A stretch of 11,839 nucleotides of DNA from an uncultured bacterium (GCA_964510165.1 CAZEBC010000107.1:1-11839); one strand, 5' to 3'. Numbered from the stretch's first letter, positions 1-7,529 are shown. The notes: generated by a model from the letters alone, not told the origin. Made by a program: numbers and translations.

Positions 1-91
1 TAATGCGTGGATTCCACATCTTGAAGTTCCTGGCGCGGGGCCGTCTGCATTGGCGCTCGAACCAGTATGCTGAAAGGGGAGGTTGGTGAGT

Positions 92-1138
92 ATGAGTTTG
101 AGAAAGTGGTTTGGCTTTGCGCTGGCGGCGATAGTTGTGATACTCATTTCTTCAATCGCGCCCGGCCAGGAATCGGGTTCCAAAGGCAAGAAGGCTGAAG
201 CATGCGTGTATGTGGGCGTGAAGAAATGCGCGTTCTGTCATGTGCGGCTGGATGATTCGTTGAGGACGTGGGCCATCACCAAGCATGCCAACGCTCTGGC
301 GGTGCTTCGGACGCCGGAGGCGAAGAAGTTCTCGGACAAGCCCGACGAAGACCCGAAATGCCTAAAGTGTCATATGACGGGATTGGAGTCTGACCCGCAT
401 GGACCCAAGGGGATTTCGCTCGCCGAGGAGTTTCAGGGCGTGCAGTGCGAGATGTGTCATGGTCCGGGCCAATTGTATAAGGCCGAGATGGCGCGAGCGC
501 TCCCGAAGGACCGGGAACTGGACGAGCAGGAATGCACGCGCCGGGGACTCGTGATACCCAAGGAAGAGACATGCAAGAAATGCCACAATGAGGAATGCCC
601 GGTGTATCACGGGTTCGATTTTGAGGAAGCAGTAAAGCTCATCAAGCACGGCAAAGACGAAAGCAAGTGCCAGTATATCGGGCAGGACAAGTGCACGTTC
701 TGCCACGTGAAGCCCGACAATACCGCACCGAACTGGGTTATCCTGAAACACCTCAACGCATTCTCGGTTCTGAAGACCCCGGTGGCGCAGAAATTCTCCG
801 ATGACCCGGTGCACGATGAGACCTGCCTCGAATGCCATTCCACCGGATTGCATGCGCCGGGCGGCTACGAGATCAATGACCCCGAAAGCAAGAACCGCGA
901 AGGCGTTCAGTGCGAGATGTGTCACGGATGGGGCTACAGCTACGTGGGTGTAATGGCCAAAGCCAAGGTGCTCGACGTCTGCAACTGCAAGGAGGAATGC
1001 TTCCACAAGGGGTTGGTGATACCGGACGAGAAAGTCTGCACTCGCTGCCACAACGAGCGCTGCCCCGTGTTCACCGGGTTCGATTTCGACGCCAGCCTCA
1101 AGCAGCTCCAGCACGGAAAGATGTTCAAGAAACACTGA
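92..1138 (+). CDS. Exported octaheme c-type cytochrome, tandem duplication of a cytochrome c554-like tetraheme domain
   Basis: Eight CxxCH motifs (CAFCH, CLKCH, CEMCH, CKKCH / CTFCH, CLECH, CEMCH, CTRCH). Both halves have the YxGxxxCxxCH...W...KHxxA...CxxCHxTG...GVQCExCHGxG pattern typical of the c554 family. N-terminal basic plus hydrophobic segment (RKWFGFALAAIVVILISSIAPG) suggests a Sec signal or anchor. ATG at 92 is preferred over TTG at 83 because SD AAGGGGAGG (74-82) lies 9 nt upstream. Confidence 0.9.
   Translation: MSLRKWFGFALAAIVVILISSIAPGQESGSKGKKAEACVYVGVKKCAFCHVRLDDSLRTWAITKHANALAVLRTPEAKKFSDKPDEDPKCLKCHMTGLESDPHGPKGISLAEEFQGVQCEMCHGPGQLYKAEMARALPKDRELDEQECTRRGLVIPKEETCKKCHNEECPVYHGFDFEEAVKLIKHGKDESKCQYIGQDKCTFCHVKPDNTAPNWVILKHLNAFSVLKTPVAQKFSDDPVHDETCLECHSTGLHAPGGYEINDPESKNREGVQCEMCHGWGYSYVGVMAKAKVLDVCNCKEECFHKGLVIPDEKVCTRCHNERCPVFTGFDFDASLKQLQHGKMFKKH
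203..1120 (+). repeat. Internal tandem duplication in the cytochrome gene (unit 1 203-655, unit 2 668-1120; period 465 nt)
   Basis: Manual ungapped alignment of CVYVG...KHGK with CQYIG...QHGK gives about 73/151 identical residues. The DNA stretch CAGTGCGAGATGTGTCA is identical in both units. Confidence 0.9.
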
Positions 1139-1150
1139 TTTCAGAGAGGA

Positions 1151-1159
1151 TGGTATAAT
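1151..1159 (+). promoter_or_regulatory. Putative extended -10 sigma70 promoter for the response regulator
   Basis: TGGTATAAT = TGn + perfect TATAAT (1154-1159), about 65 nt upstream of ATG 1223. No clear -35 element. Confidence 0.5.
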
Positions 1160-1161
1160 AC

Positions 1162-1189
1162 GTAGGGGCACGGTGCGCCGTGCCCCTGC
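1162..1189 (+). repeat. GTAG-type REP palindrome (family A, copy 1)
   Basis: GTAGGGGCACGG-TGCG-CCGTGCCCCTGC: GTAG tag plus a GC-rich hairpin in intergenic DNA. 25/28 identical to the reverse complement of 6166-6193. Confidence 0.8.
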
Positions 1190-1222
1190 AGAAAACAGTT
1201 GCAGTAATAAGCGGACCTGACG

Positions 1223-2569
1223 ATGACCGACGAAGACATCCGAATCCTCATCGTGGACGACGAGCAGATCGTGCTCAGGTCGCTCGCGGACTGGTTCCGC
1301 GATGACGGCTACTCGGTGGGGACCGCCTCGACCGGCAAGGAAGCCCTCGCCAAGCTGACCGAGGGAGCATGGGACATTTACCTCTTGGACGTCAAGATGC
1401 CGGGCATGAGCGGCCTGGAGCTCCAGAAGAAAATCCAGGAGATAAACCCCGAGGCCATCATCATAATCATGACGGCCTACGCTTCGGTGGATTCGGCAGT
1501 GCAGGCTCTCAAACAGGGAGCATATGATTACCTTACCAAACCCTTCGACCCCGAGCATCTCGGGCATCTCATCAAGAACGCCATCGAGAAGAAGGCGCTC
1601 GCAGCGGAAAACATAAGGCTCAAGAGGAGCATTGACGAGACCGTTCTCGCGCATAACATCATCGGCTCGAGTGAGGGCATCCGAAAGGTCGTCGAGGCGA
1701 TCGAGACGGTCGCAAACACCGAGACGTCCGTGCTGATCCGGGGCGAGAGCGGCACCGGCAAGGAGCTTGTCGCGAAGGCGATACACGCGAACAGCCGCAG
1801 ACGCTACATGCCGATGATCGTGCTGAACTGCGGCGCGCTGCCCGACGGCGTGCTCGAAAGCGAATTGTTCGGCCATGAGAAGGGCGCGTTCACGGGAGCG
1901 CAGTACCGGCGCAAAGGCAAATTTGAGCTCGCGGACGGCGGCACCCTGTTCTTGGATGAGATCGGCGAGATCAGCCAAAAGATGCAGGTGGACCTGTTAA
2001 GGGTGCTCGACGAAAAGAACATCCGGCGGGTGGGCGGCGAGAAGGAGATATCGGTCGATTTCCGCCTGATAGCCGCCACCAACAAAGACCTGGAGTCGAG
2101 CGTCACGGCAGGCTCGTTCCGAAATGACCTCTACTATCGCCTGAATGTCTTCAGTATCGTCATTCCGCCGCTGCGTGAGCGGCGCTCCGATATCCCGCTG
2201 CTCGCGGAACATTTCCTGAGGAAATACCGTGAGAACACCAACAAGCATATTGACAGCATCGCCGCGGATGCCATGGAACTGATGGTAAGCCACCCCTGGC
2301 CGGGCAACGTGCGCGAGCTTGAGAATGCAATTGAGCGCGCAGTTGTGGTCTGCAAGTCCAACCTCATCCGCCCCGAGCATCTGCCGTTCGGGCAGCCGGC
2401 GTCCAGGCACGAGACCGCTGGCAGGACGCTCGATGAAATGGAACGGGAACACATTCTGAGCACGCTCAACGAGACCGACTGGAACATCTCGCAGACCGCG
2501 CGTTTCTTGAATATCGACCGGGTAACGCTTTACAGAAAAATCAGAAAATACAACCTTAAGAACCGATAG
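1223..2569 (+). CDS. Sigma54-dependent transcriptional response regulator (NtrC/AtoC/ZraR family; REC-AAA+-Fis HTH)
   Basis: Receiver domain (IVDDE, phospho-Asp in LLDVKMP, MTAY, TKPF); Walker A GESGTGKE; ESELFGHEKGAFTGA; Walker B LFLDE; FRNDLYYRL; WPGNVRELEN; C-terminal HTH WNISQTARFLNIDRVTLYRKI. Confidence 0.95.
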   Translation: MTDEDIRILIVDDEQIVLRSLADWFRDDGYSVGTASTGKEALAKLTEGAWDIYLLDVKMPGMSGLELQKKIQEINPEAIIIIMTAYASVDSAVQALKQGAYDYLTKPFDPEHLGHLIKNAIEKKALAAENIRLKRSIDETVLAHNIIGSSEGIRKVVEAIETVANTETSVLIRGESGTGKELVAKAIHANSRRRYMPMIVLNCGALPDGVLESELFGHEKGAFTGAQYRRKGKFELADGGTLFLDEIGEISQKMQVDLLRVLDEKNIRRVGGEKEISVDFRLIAATNKDLESSVTAGSFRNDLYYRLNVFSIVIPPLRERRSDIPLLAEHFLRKYRENTNKHIDSIAADAMELMVSHPWPGNVRELENAIERAVVVCKSNLIRPEHLPFGQPASRHETAGRTLDEMEREHILSTLNETDWNISQTARFLNIDRVTLYRKIRKYNLKNR

Positions 2570-2571
2570 AG

Positions 2572-3105
2572 TTGGCCAGAATCCACATTTTCCCCGTCGG
2601 CGGAGTGGACAACTCGATCCTTGAGTTCCTCGCTTTGTCGCTCAGCGAGAACTTGAAGCTCTCCTGCGAAGTGGCGGACACGGCTATCTCCCTGGCAGGC
2701 GCCTACGACGTCGTGAGAACCCAGTATTACTCCACCCGGCTGCTGGAAAGATTGCTCGAGCGCCGCGCCGACGACAACACCAAACTGCTCGGGGTCGCGG
2801 ACGTCGACCTCTTCATTCCCCCGCTTTCCTTTGTGTTCGGAGAAGCGCAATTCGACAACCCCGCATCCATCATCTCCGTCCACCGGCTCCGCCAGCAGTT
2901 CTACGGGCTGCCTGAAGACCTCGACCTCCTCTATCTCAGGACCGAAAAGGAGGCTGTCCACGAGCTCGGCCACAGCTTCGGGCTCATTCATTGCCGGGAT
3001 TATCGGTGCGTCATGTTTCTCTCCTACTCGGTGGAAGACATCGACCTGAAAAGCCCCACGTTCTGCCCCAAATGCCGGGCCGCCCTCCGCGGCAAGCTTG
3101 GGTGA
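2572..3105 (+). CDS. Archaemetzincin-family Zn-dependent metalloprotease (peptidase M54, AmzA-like)
   Basis: KEAVHELGHSFGLIHC-x4-CVM-x15-FCPKC matches HExxHxxGxxH + Met-turn + Cys4 zinc site; also the FVFGEA motif. TTG start 2 nt after the regulator stop codon. Confidence 0.9.
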   Translation: MARIHIFPVGGVDNSILEFLALSLSENLKLSCEVADTAISLAGAYDVVRTQYYSTRLLERLLERRADDNTKLLGVADVDLFIPPLSFVFGEAQFDNPASIISVHRLRQQFYGLPEDLDLLYLRTEKEAVHELGHSFGLIHCRDYRCVMFLSYSVEDIDLKSPTFCPKCRAALRGKLG

Positions 3106-3148
3106 GGTGAACCAGACCTGCATGGCCAAGTGGGGCCTTATTTTCTTC

Positions 3149-3177
3149 TTGACAATTGTGCGGATGGCTTATATAAT
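3149..3177 (+). promoter_or_regulatory. Consensus sigma70 promoter (-35 TTGACA 3149-3154, 17-nt spacer, -10 TATAAT 3172-3177)
   Basis: Perfect hexamers with optimal spacing, in a locally AT-rich gap of a GC-rich sequence, upstream of the TetR gene. A T-rich tract lies upstream of the -35. Confidence 0.85.
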
Positions 3178-3193
3178 CCGTCCAGACGGTTTA
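3174..3193. promoter_or_regulatory. Putative TetR operator palindrome
   Basis: TAATCCGTCC|AGACGGTTTA has 8/10 symmetric positions (core CCGTC-CA-GACGG) and overlaps the -10 and the expected transcription start. Confidence 0.65.
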
Positions 3194-3243
3194 GGAATAT
3201 CTTTCATATTGTGAGGAGTGTTCATAGAACCTCGGACCTTCCA

Positions 3244-3867
3244 ATGAGCCCTAAAATCGGAATTGAGCCGGTAAGACAGGCGCAGATCATCGAGGCGGCG
3301 CTCAGGCTGATCGCGCGTCATGGAAGCCACAACGTGAGCATCCAGAGCGTCGCTACGGAAGCTGGCTTGTCAAAAGGGGCCGTCCTGCACTATTATCCCA
3401 CCAAAGAGGCGCTGTTCGCGGCGGTATTCAGAGAGTTCTTCCGCCAGATTTTCGAGCGAAGCAAGACGACGATGGACCGTTACGACGACCCGGTTGAGAA
3501 GATACGCTCGTTCGAATGGTTGTTCGATGACAACGATCCGACAATGCGGCTCGGCTATCCAATTTATCTCGAATGCATGGCAAGGGCCGTATACGAAGAG
3601 TTGTTTCGGGGTCTCATACGCGAATGGTTGGACAACTGGGTGACCCTGCTTACGGACGCGATCGAGGCCGGCATACGCAGCGGCCAATTCAAGGAAGTGA
3701 ATGCGGAGGAGGCGGCGCGCGCGATCTCTGCGTTTTGTCAGGGGATATGCACGCGCTGGTATCTGCATCGGGAGCGGCACCATACGCCATGGGCGCGGGA
3801 AACATTGAGGAATTATACCGAGGCGCTTCTCACGAAAGAGCAGAAGGCCCGGTCGGGCAATAGGTAA
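3244..3867 (+). CDS. TetR/AcrR family transcriptional regulator (BetI-like N-terminus)
   Basis: MSPKIGIEPVRQAQIIEAA...SIQSVATEAGLSKGAVLHYYPTKEALF HTH; C-terminal AGIRSGQF motif. Start placed at ATG 3244 because the track's 3130 start would lie upstream of the promoter. Confidence 0.92.
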   Translation: MSPKIGIEPVRQAQIIEAALRLIARHGSHNVSIQSVATEAGLSKGAVLHYYPTKEALFAAVFREFFRQIFERSKTTMDRYDDPVEKIRSFEWLFDDNDPTMRLGYPIYLECMARAVYEELFRGLIREWLDNWVTLLTDAIEAGIRSGQFKEVNAEEAARAISAFCQGICTRWYLHRERHHTPWARETLRNYTEALLTKEQKARSGNR

Positions 3868-3898
3868 CCAAACACACGCAAAAGGGGGAACAAAGACC

Positions 3899-5140
3899 AT
3901 GTATCTTGACCTCAACGTGAATCTCACGAGCGAGCAGGTCGCGCTGAAGGAACAGGTGCACCGGTTCGCCGCTGAAGTCATGAGACCGGTCGCGGACAAG
4001 CTTGACAAAATGGCCAATCCGGCGGATGTAATCGCGAAGGACTCGCCATTGTGGGACCTGATACGGCAGACCCGCGAGCTGGGCTATCACACGCGCGGGC
4101 TTCCGGAGGAGCTTGGAGGCCTGGCGATGACCCCGCCCGAGGGTAATATAGTCTCTGAGGAAATGGGCTGGGGCAGCGCCGGCTTGTCGGTGTGTCTTGG
4201 AGCCGGGGCGATGCCGTTCGCCTTTGCGGCGATGTTCGGGAGCCCGGAACTCATCGACGAGTTCGTCATCCCATTCCGTGACGACATGAAGGGGAAGTAC
4301 GTCGGCTGCTGGGCGATCACGGAGCCCGAACACGGCGGCGGCGACCAGATGTACATCGGCTCGAAGAGAGAAGGCATTCCGCTCATTCGTCACAACACGC
4401 GCGTGAAGCTGGACGGCGACGAATGGGTGATACGGGGCCAGAAGTCGGCCTGGGTCTCAAACGGCACGATCGCGACCCACGCGCTGCTTCATGCGAGCGT
4501 TGACGGAACCGACGACCAGCGCGACGCCGCGCTTTTTTTCGTGCCGCTCGATCTGCCGGGCATCACCAAAGGCAAGCCGCTCGACAAGATCGGCCAGCGA
4601 GACCTCAACCAGGGCGAGATTTACTTCGATGATGTCAGGATTCCGAAACACTACATGCTTGTCAATCCGATGATGCACGAGTTTGTGATCGACGTGATCG
4701 TGTCGGGCGCGAACGGCGGGATGGCGAGCACGTTCGTCGGAGTCGCGCGAGCCGCCTTCGAGGAAGCGCTCAAATACTGCAAGGTGCGCGTGGCAGGCGC
4801 GAAGGTGCTCTGTGAGCATCAATTGGTGCAAAAGCGGCTCTTTGACATGTTCAAGAAGATCGAGGCCGCTCGCGCGTTGTCGCGAGCCGTCGGCGGTTAT
4901 AACGCCGTGACAATGCCCCCGGAGCCGCACTATGCGATCGCGGCGAAAGTGCACAACACGCAGGTCGCCTTCGAGGTTGCCAGCGAGGCGCTTCAACTGC
5001 TCGGCGGAAACGGGCTGAGCCGCGAGTATCCGCTCGAGAAGATTTTCCGCGACGCGCGCGCGGCGCTCATCGAGGACGGCGACAATGACACCTTGACACT
5101 CGGCGGCGCGAGGTATCTGCTGGAACGTTACAACTGCTAA
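3899..5140 (+). CDS. Acyl-CoA dehydrogenase family flavoprotein (atypical active-site motifs)
   Basis: CWAITEPEHG, WVIRGQKSAWVSNG, GKPLDKIGQR...GEIYFDDVRIP, HQLVQKRL, ALQLLGGNGLSREYPLEKIFRDAR. SD AAGGGGG upstream. Confidence 0.93.
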   Translation: MYLDLNVNLTSEQVALKEQVHRFAAEVMRPVADKLDKMANPADVIAKDSPLWDLIRQTRELGYHTRGLPEELGGLAMTPPEGNIVSEEMGWGSAGLSVCLGAGAMPFAFAAMFGSPELIDEFVIPFRDDMKGKYVGCWAITEPEHGGGDQMYIGSKREGIPLIRHNTRVKLDGDEWVIRGQKSAWVSNGTIATHALLHASVDGTDDQRDAALFFVPLDLPGITKGKPLDKIGQRDLNQGEIYFDDVRIPKHYMLVNPMMHEFVIDVIVSGANGGMASTFVGVARAAFEEALKYCKVRVAGAKVLCEHQLVQKRLFDMFKKIEAARALSRAVGGYNAVTMPPEPHYAIAAKVHNTQVAFEVASEALQLLGGNGLSREYPLEKIFRDARAALIEDGDNDTLTLGGARYLLERYNC

Positions 5141-5155
5141 AGGGGGATCAACGAG

Positions 5156-6151
5156 ATGGCATTGGACAAGAAATATCAGGAACTGTTTCGGCCCAAGGTC
5201 CATTGGGGAAGGATCGAGATAGACGAAGAAAAATGCATCGGGTGCGGCCAGTGCCGGGATAATTGCCCCGGCAAGGTGCCCGATCTCAATGAGAACGCCA
5301 AAGCGTTCATGTCGCGACCGGAATGCATCACGTGTTCAAACTGCGTGGTGACCTGTCCGGAGGAAGCGATCTCGATCAAGGAGACTTTCTACGTCGAGGA
5401 GGGCTTCTACAAGACCGTCCCCGAAGACATTCCCTACAAGTATCCGGCTCCCCCCAAGGACGCTAACGGCAACCCGACAGAATATACGCCAATGGAGAAG
5501 GCCGTATTCGAGCGGCGCAGCACCCGGAACTTCAAGGACCAGCCTGTCCCCGAGCCGCTTATCAGGCGAGTACTCGAGGCTGGCAGGCTTGCGCCCAGCA
5601 CCGGCAACTGCCAACCGTGGCGCTTCATTGTGATAACCGACAAGGCGCTGCTCGACGAGATCGCGGGTCGAATCCAGCCGATGGCCCAGATGGTCAGCAC
5701 CATGTACCGCACCGACGAGATGCTCGAGATGCTCGCCATGCAGTATGAGGCGGCCCCGCAACCGGGCATGTTCGATCCGCGCGTGCAGGGGGGCATCTAT
5801 TGCGTGGGACAGGGAATTCTGCCGGTGTTTCTCAACACGCCGTGTCTGATCATAATCTTGGGCGATGAGCGCGCGATCGGCGGGCCGGAGATAAACGTCG
5901 GCATTTGCGGAACCAACATGACGCTGGTGGCGAACTCGCTCGGGCTGGGCGCGTGCTGGATCGGGTTTGTCAATCTGGTGAACATGCTCGAAGATATCAA
6001 GCAGAAGCTCGGCATAGAACCGCCATATAAGGTCATCGCTTCGGTTGCGATCGGATATCCGGCGTTCAAGCAACACGGCATGGTGGCTCGTGAGGCCAAG
6101 CCGGTCACATGGTTCCGTCCCGGCATGGGCGGTCCGGAAATTGAGCAGTAG
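5156..6151 (+). CDS. Nitroreductase-family flavoprotein with N-terminal 2x[4Fe-4S] ferredoxin domain
   Basis: Ferredoxin motifs CIGCGQCRDNCP and CITCSNCVVTCP; nitroreductase motifs RRSTRNF, APSTGNCQPWRF, LVANSLGLGACWIG, AIGYP. Confidence 0.92.
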   Translation: MALDKKYQELFRPKVHWGRIEIDEEKCIGCGQCRDNCPGKVPDLNENAKAFMSRPECITCSNCVVTCPEEAISIKETFYVEEGFYKTVPEDIPYKYPAPPKDANGNPTEYTPMEKAVFERRSTRNFKDQPVPEPLIRRVLEAGRLAPSTGNCQPWRFIVITDKALLDEIAGRIQPMAQMVSTMYRTDEMLEMLAMQYEAAPQPGMFDPRVQGGIYCVGQGILPVFLNTPCLIIILGDERAIGGPEINVGICGTNMTLVANSLGLGACWIGFVNLVNMLEDIKQKLGIEPPYKVIASVAIGYPAFKQHGMVAREAKPVTWFRPGMGGPEIEQ

Positions 6152-6165
6152 TGAACGTCGGTTTG

Positions 6166-6193
6166 GCGGGGACACGGCGCGCCGTGCCCCTAC
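6166..6193 (-). repeat. GTAG-type REP palindrome (family A, copy 2)
   Basis: Minus strand reads GTAGGGGCACGG-CGCG-CCGTGTCCCCGC; 25/28 identical to 1162-1189; intergenic. Confidence 0.8.
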
Positions 6194-6230
6194 ATGAAAC
6201 GAATCGACATGGAGATGAGAGGAGAATCGG

Positions 6231-7475
6231 ATGCGCAAGGTCAAGATCATCGGCGGCGCCGTCACCAAATTCGGCAAACACATGGACCGCAACATGAAAT
6301 CGCTCGTGGCGGAGGCGGTCACCGGCGCGCTCGCCGACGCAGGGATTACCAAAGAGCAGATACAGGGCGCCTGGGTCGGAAACGCGGCCCAGGGCATCAC
6401 GGACGGACAAGAATGCGTCCGGGGACAGGTGGTGCTGCGCGCAATGGGAATTGGCGGCATCCCGGTCGTCAATGTCGAGAATGCCTGCGCCTCGTCGGCC
6501 ACGGCGCTGAACGGCGCGTGGGCGATGGTCGCCCTGGGCGAGATTGACGTCGCGCTCGTCATCGGCATGGAGAAAATGTTCTCGGAGGATAAGACAAAGG
6601 TTCTCCGCGGCTTCATGGGCGGAATGGACGTCGAGGTGGTCCAACAGTTCATGGAAGCGTTCAAGAAGCGCGAAGAAGAGATGAGGAAGGCGCGCGAGCA
6701 GAAGGGTGAGGTCGCGAAGCAAAAGACCGAACAGCGCAGCGTCTTCATGGAAGCATACGCATGGGGCGCGCAGCGCCACATGGAGCGTTTCGGCACTACT
6801 CAGAAGCAGCTTGCGATCATCTCCTCGAAGAATCATTACCACTCCTCGATGAATCCGCTCGCGCAGTACCAGAAACTGTTTTCGGTGGAAGAGGTGCTGG
6901 CGGCGCCCGAGGTCGCCTGGCCGCTCACAAGGCCGATGTGCTCGCCGATAGGTGACGGCGCAGCGGCGGCGATTGTCTGCTCGGAGGATTTCGCGAAGAA
7001 ACTGGGAGCAAAGCACATCATCGAAGTGGCAGCGTGTTGTCTTGCGAGCGGAGAGGACCGCGAGACCGACGAAGAGACGACGTTGAGCAAGCTCGCTCGC
7101 AAAGCGTATGAGAAGGCCGGCATCGGGCCTGAGGACTTGAGCCTGGCCGAGGTTCATGACGCCACCGCGTTCGGGGAACTGTCCAGCGTCGAGCAGCTCG
7201 GCATCTGTCCCATAGGCGAGGGCGGGCCGTTTGCCGAGGCTGGCCATACGACACTGGGCGGAAAGATTCCGGTAAACGTTTCCGGCGGCCTCGAATCGCA
7301 GGGACATCCGGTGGGCGCCACAGGGTGCCGGCAGGTGGTCGAGCTGTTCTGGCATCTGACCGGCCGGGCCGGCCAGAGGCAGGTTCAGGGGGCAAAGGTG
7401 GGCCTGGCCCAAAACGCGGGCGGCAGCGTCGGCGGCACGGAGGCGGCGTTGTCGGTAACCATATTGAAGCGGTGA
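6231..7475 (+). CDS. Thiolase-family protein, SCP2/SCP-x type
   Basis: VNVENACASS (nucleophilic Cys), EVHDA, VNVSGGL, GHPVGATG, and C-terminal AQNAGG lacking the CxG cysteine. SD AGGAG upstream. Confidence 0.92.
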   Translation: MRKVKIIGGAVTKFGKHMDRNMKSLVAEAVTGALADAGITKEQIQGAWVGNAAQGITDGQECVRGQVVLRAMGIGGIPVVNVENACASSATALNGAWAMVALGEIDVALVIGMEKMFSEDKTKVLRGFMGGMDVEVVQQFMEAFKKREEEMRKAREQKGEVAKQKTEQRSVFMEAYAWGAQRHMERFGTTQKQLAIISSKNHYHSSMNPLAQYQKLFSVEEVLAAPEVAWPLTRPMCSPIGDGAAAAIVCSEDFAKKLGAKHIIEVAACCLASGEDRETDEETTLSKLARKAYEKAGIGPEDLSLAEVHDATAFGELSSVEQLGICPIGEGGPFAEAGHTTLGGKIPVNVSGGLESQGHPVGATGCRQVVELFWHLTGRAGQRQVQGAKVGLAQNAGGSVGGTEAALSVTILKR

Positions 7476-7485
7476 GCGAGCAACG

Positions 7486-7529
7486 GACCCTCACCCCAAC
7501 CCTCTCCCATGGGAGAGGGCAAGTGAGGG
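7486..7529 (+). repeat. boxC-like pyrimidine/purine palindromic repeat (copy 1)
   Basis: CCCTCAC-CCCAA-CCCTCTCCC-AT-GGGAGAGGG-CAA-GTGAGGG nested hairpin. 7486-7508 is identical (23/23) to the reverse complement of 10179-10201. Confidence 0.78.

Noticed and set aside
30..70. Possible sigma54 -24/-12 promoter upstream of the cytochrome (TGGCGC...TGCA; TGGCGC...TGCT)
   Set aside because: The GG-to-GC spacing is 13 and 15 nt, not the required 10.
1..89. Short ORF MRGFHILK... (3-89), or an open frame ending at TGA 73
   Set aside because: Too short, cut by the window edge and without recognisable similarity; cannot be supported.
362..1978. 538-aa antisense ORF, plus other long minus-strand ORFs (5336-6796, 6105-7412, 8140-9264, 4457-5203, 7018-7731, 3370-4017, 2530-3129)
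   Set aside because: They lie opposite well-supported genes, show no recognisable motifs and are expected shadow ORFs given GC-rich codon bias.
3124..3148. GGCC-N6-GGCC followed by a T-rich tract as terminator after the protease
   Set aside because: The stem is only 4 bp, and the T tract is equally explained as an UP-like region of the downstream promoter.
3130..3243. N-terminal extensions in the ORF track (TetR from 3130; hydratase from 9203; secretin from 11588)
   Set aside because: They run through the promoter, inverted repeat or SD region; the downstream ATGs fit SD position and family N-termini better.
6194..6547. Alternative-frame plus-strand ORFs (6194-6547, 7325-7573, 10123-10314, 10269-10664)
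   Set aside because: They overlap real genes or repeats, several are Arg/Gly/Pro-rich, and none shows a recognisable domain.
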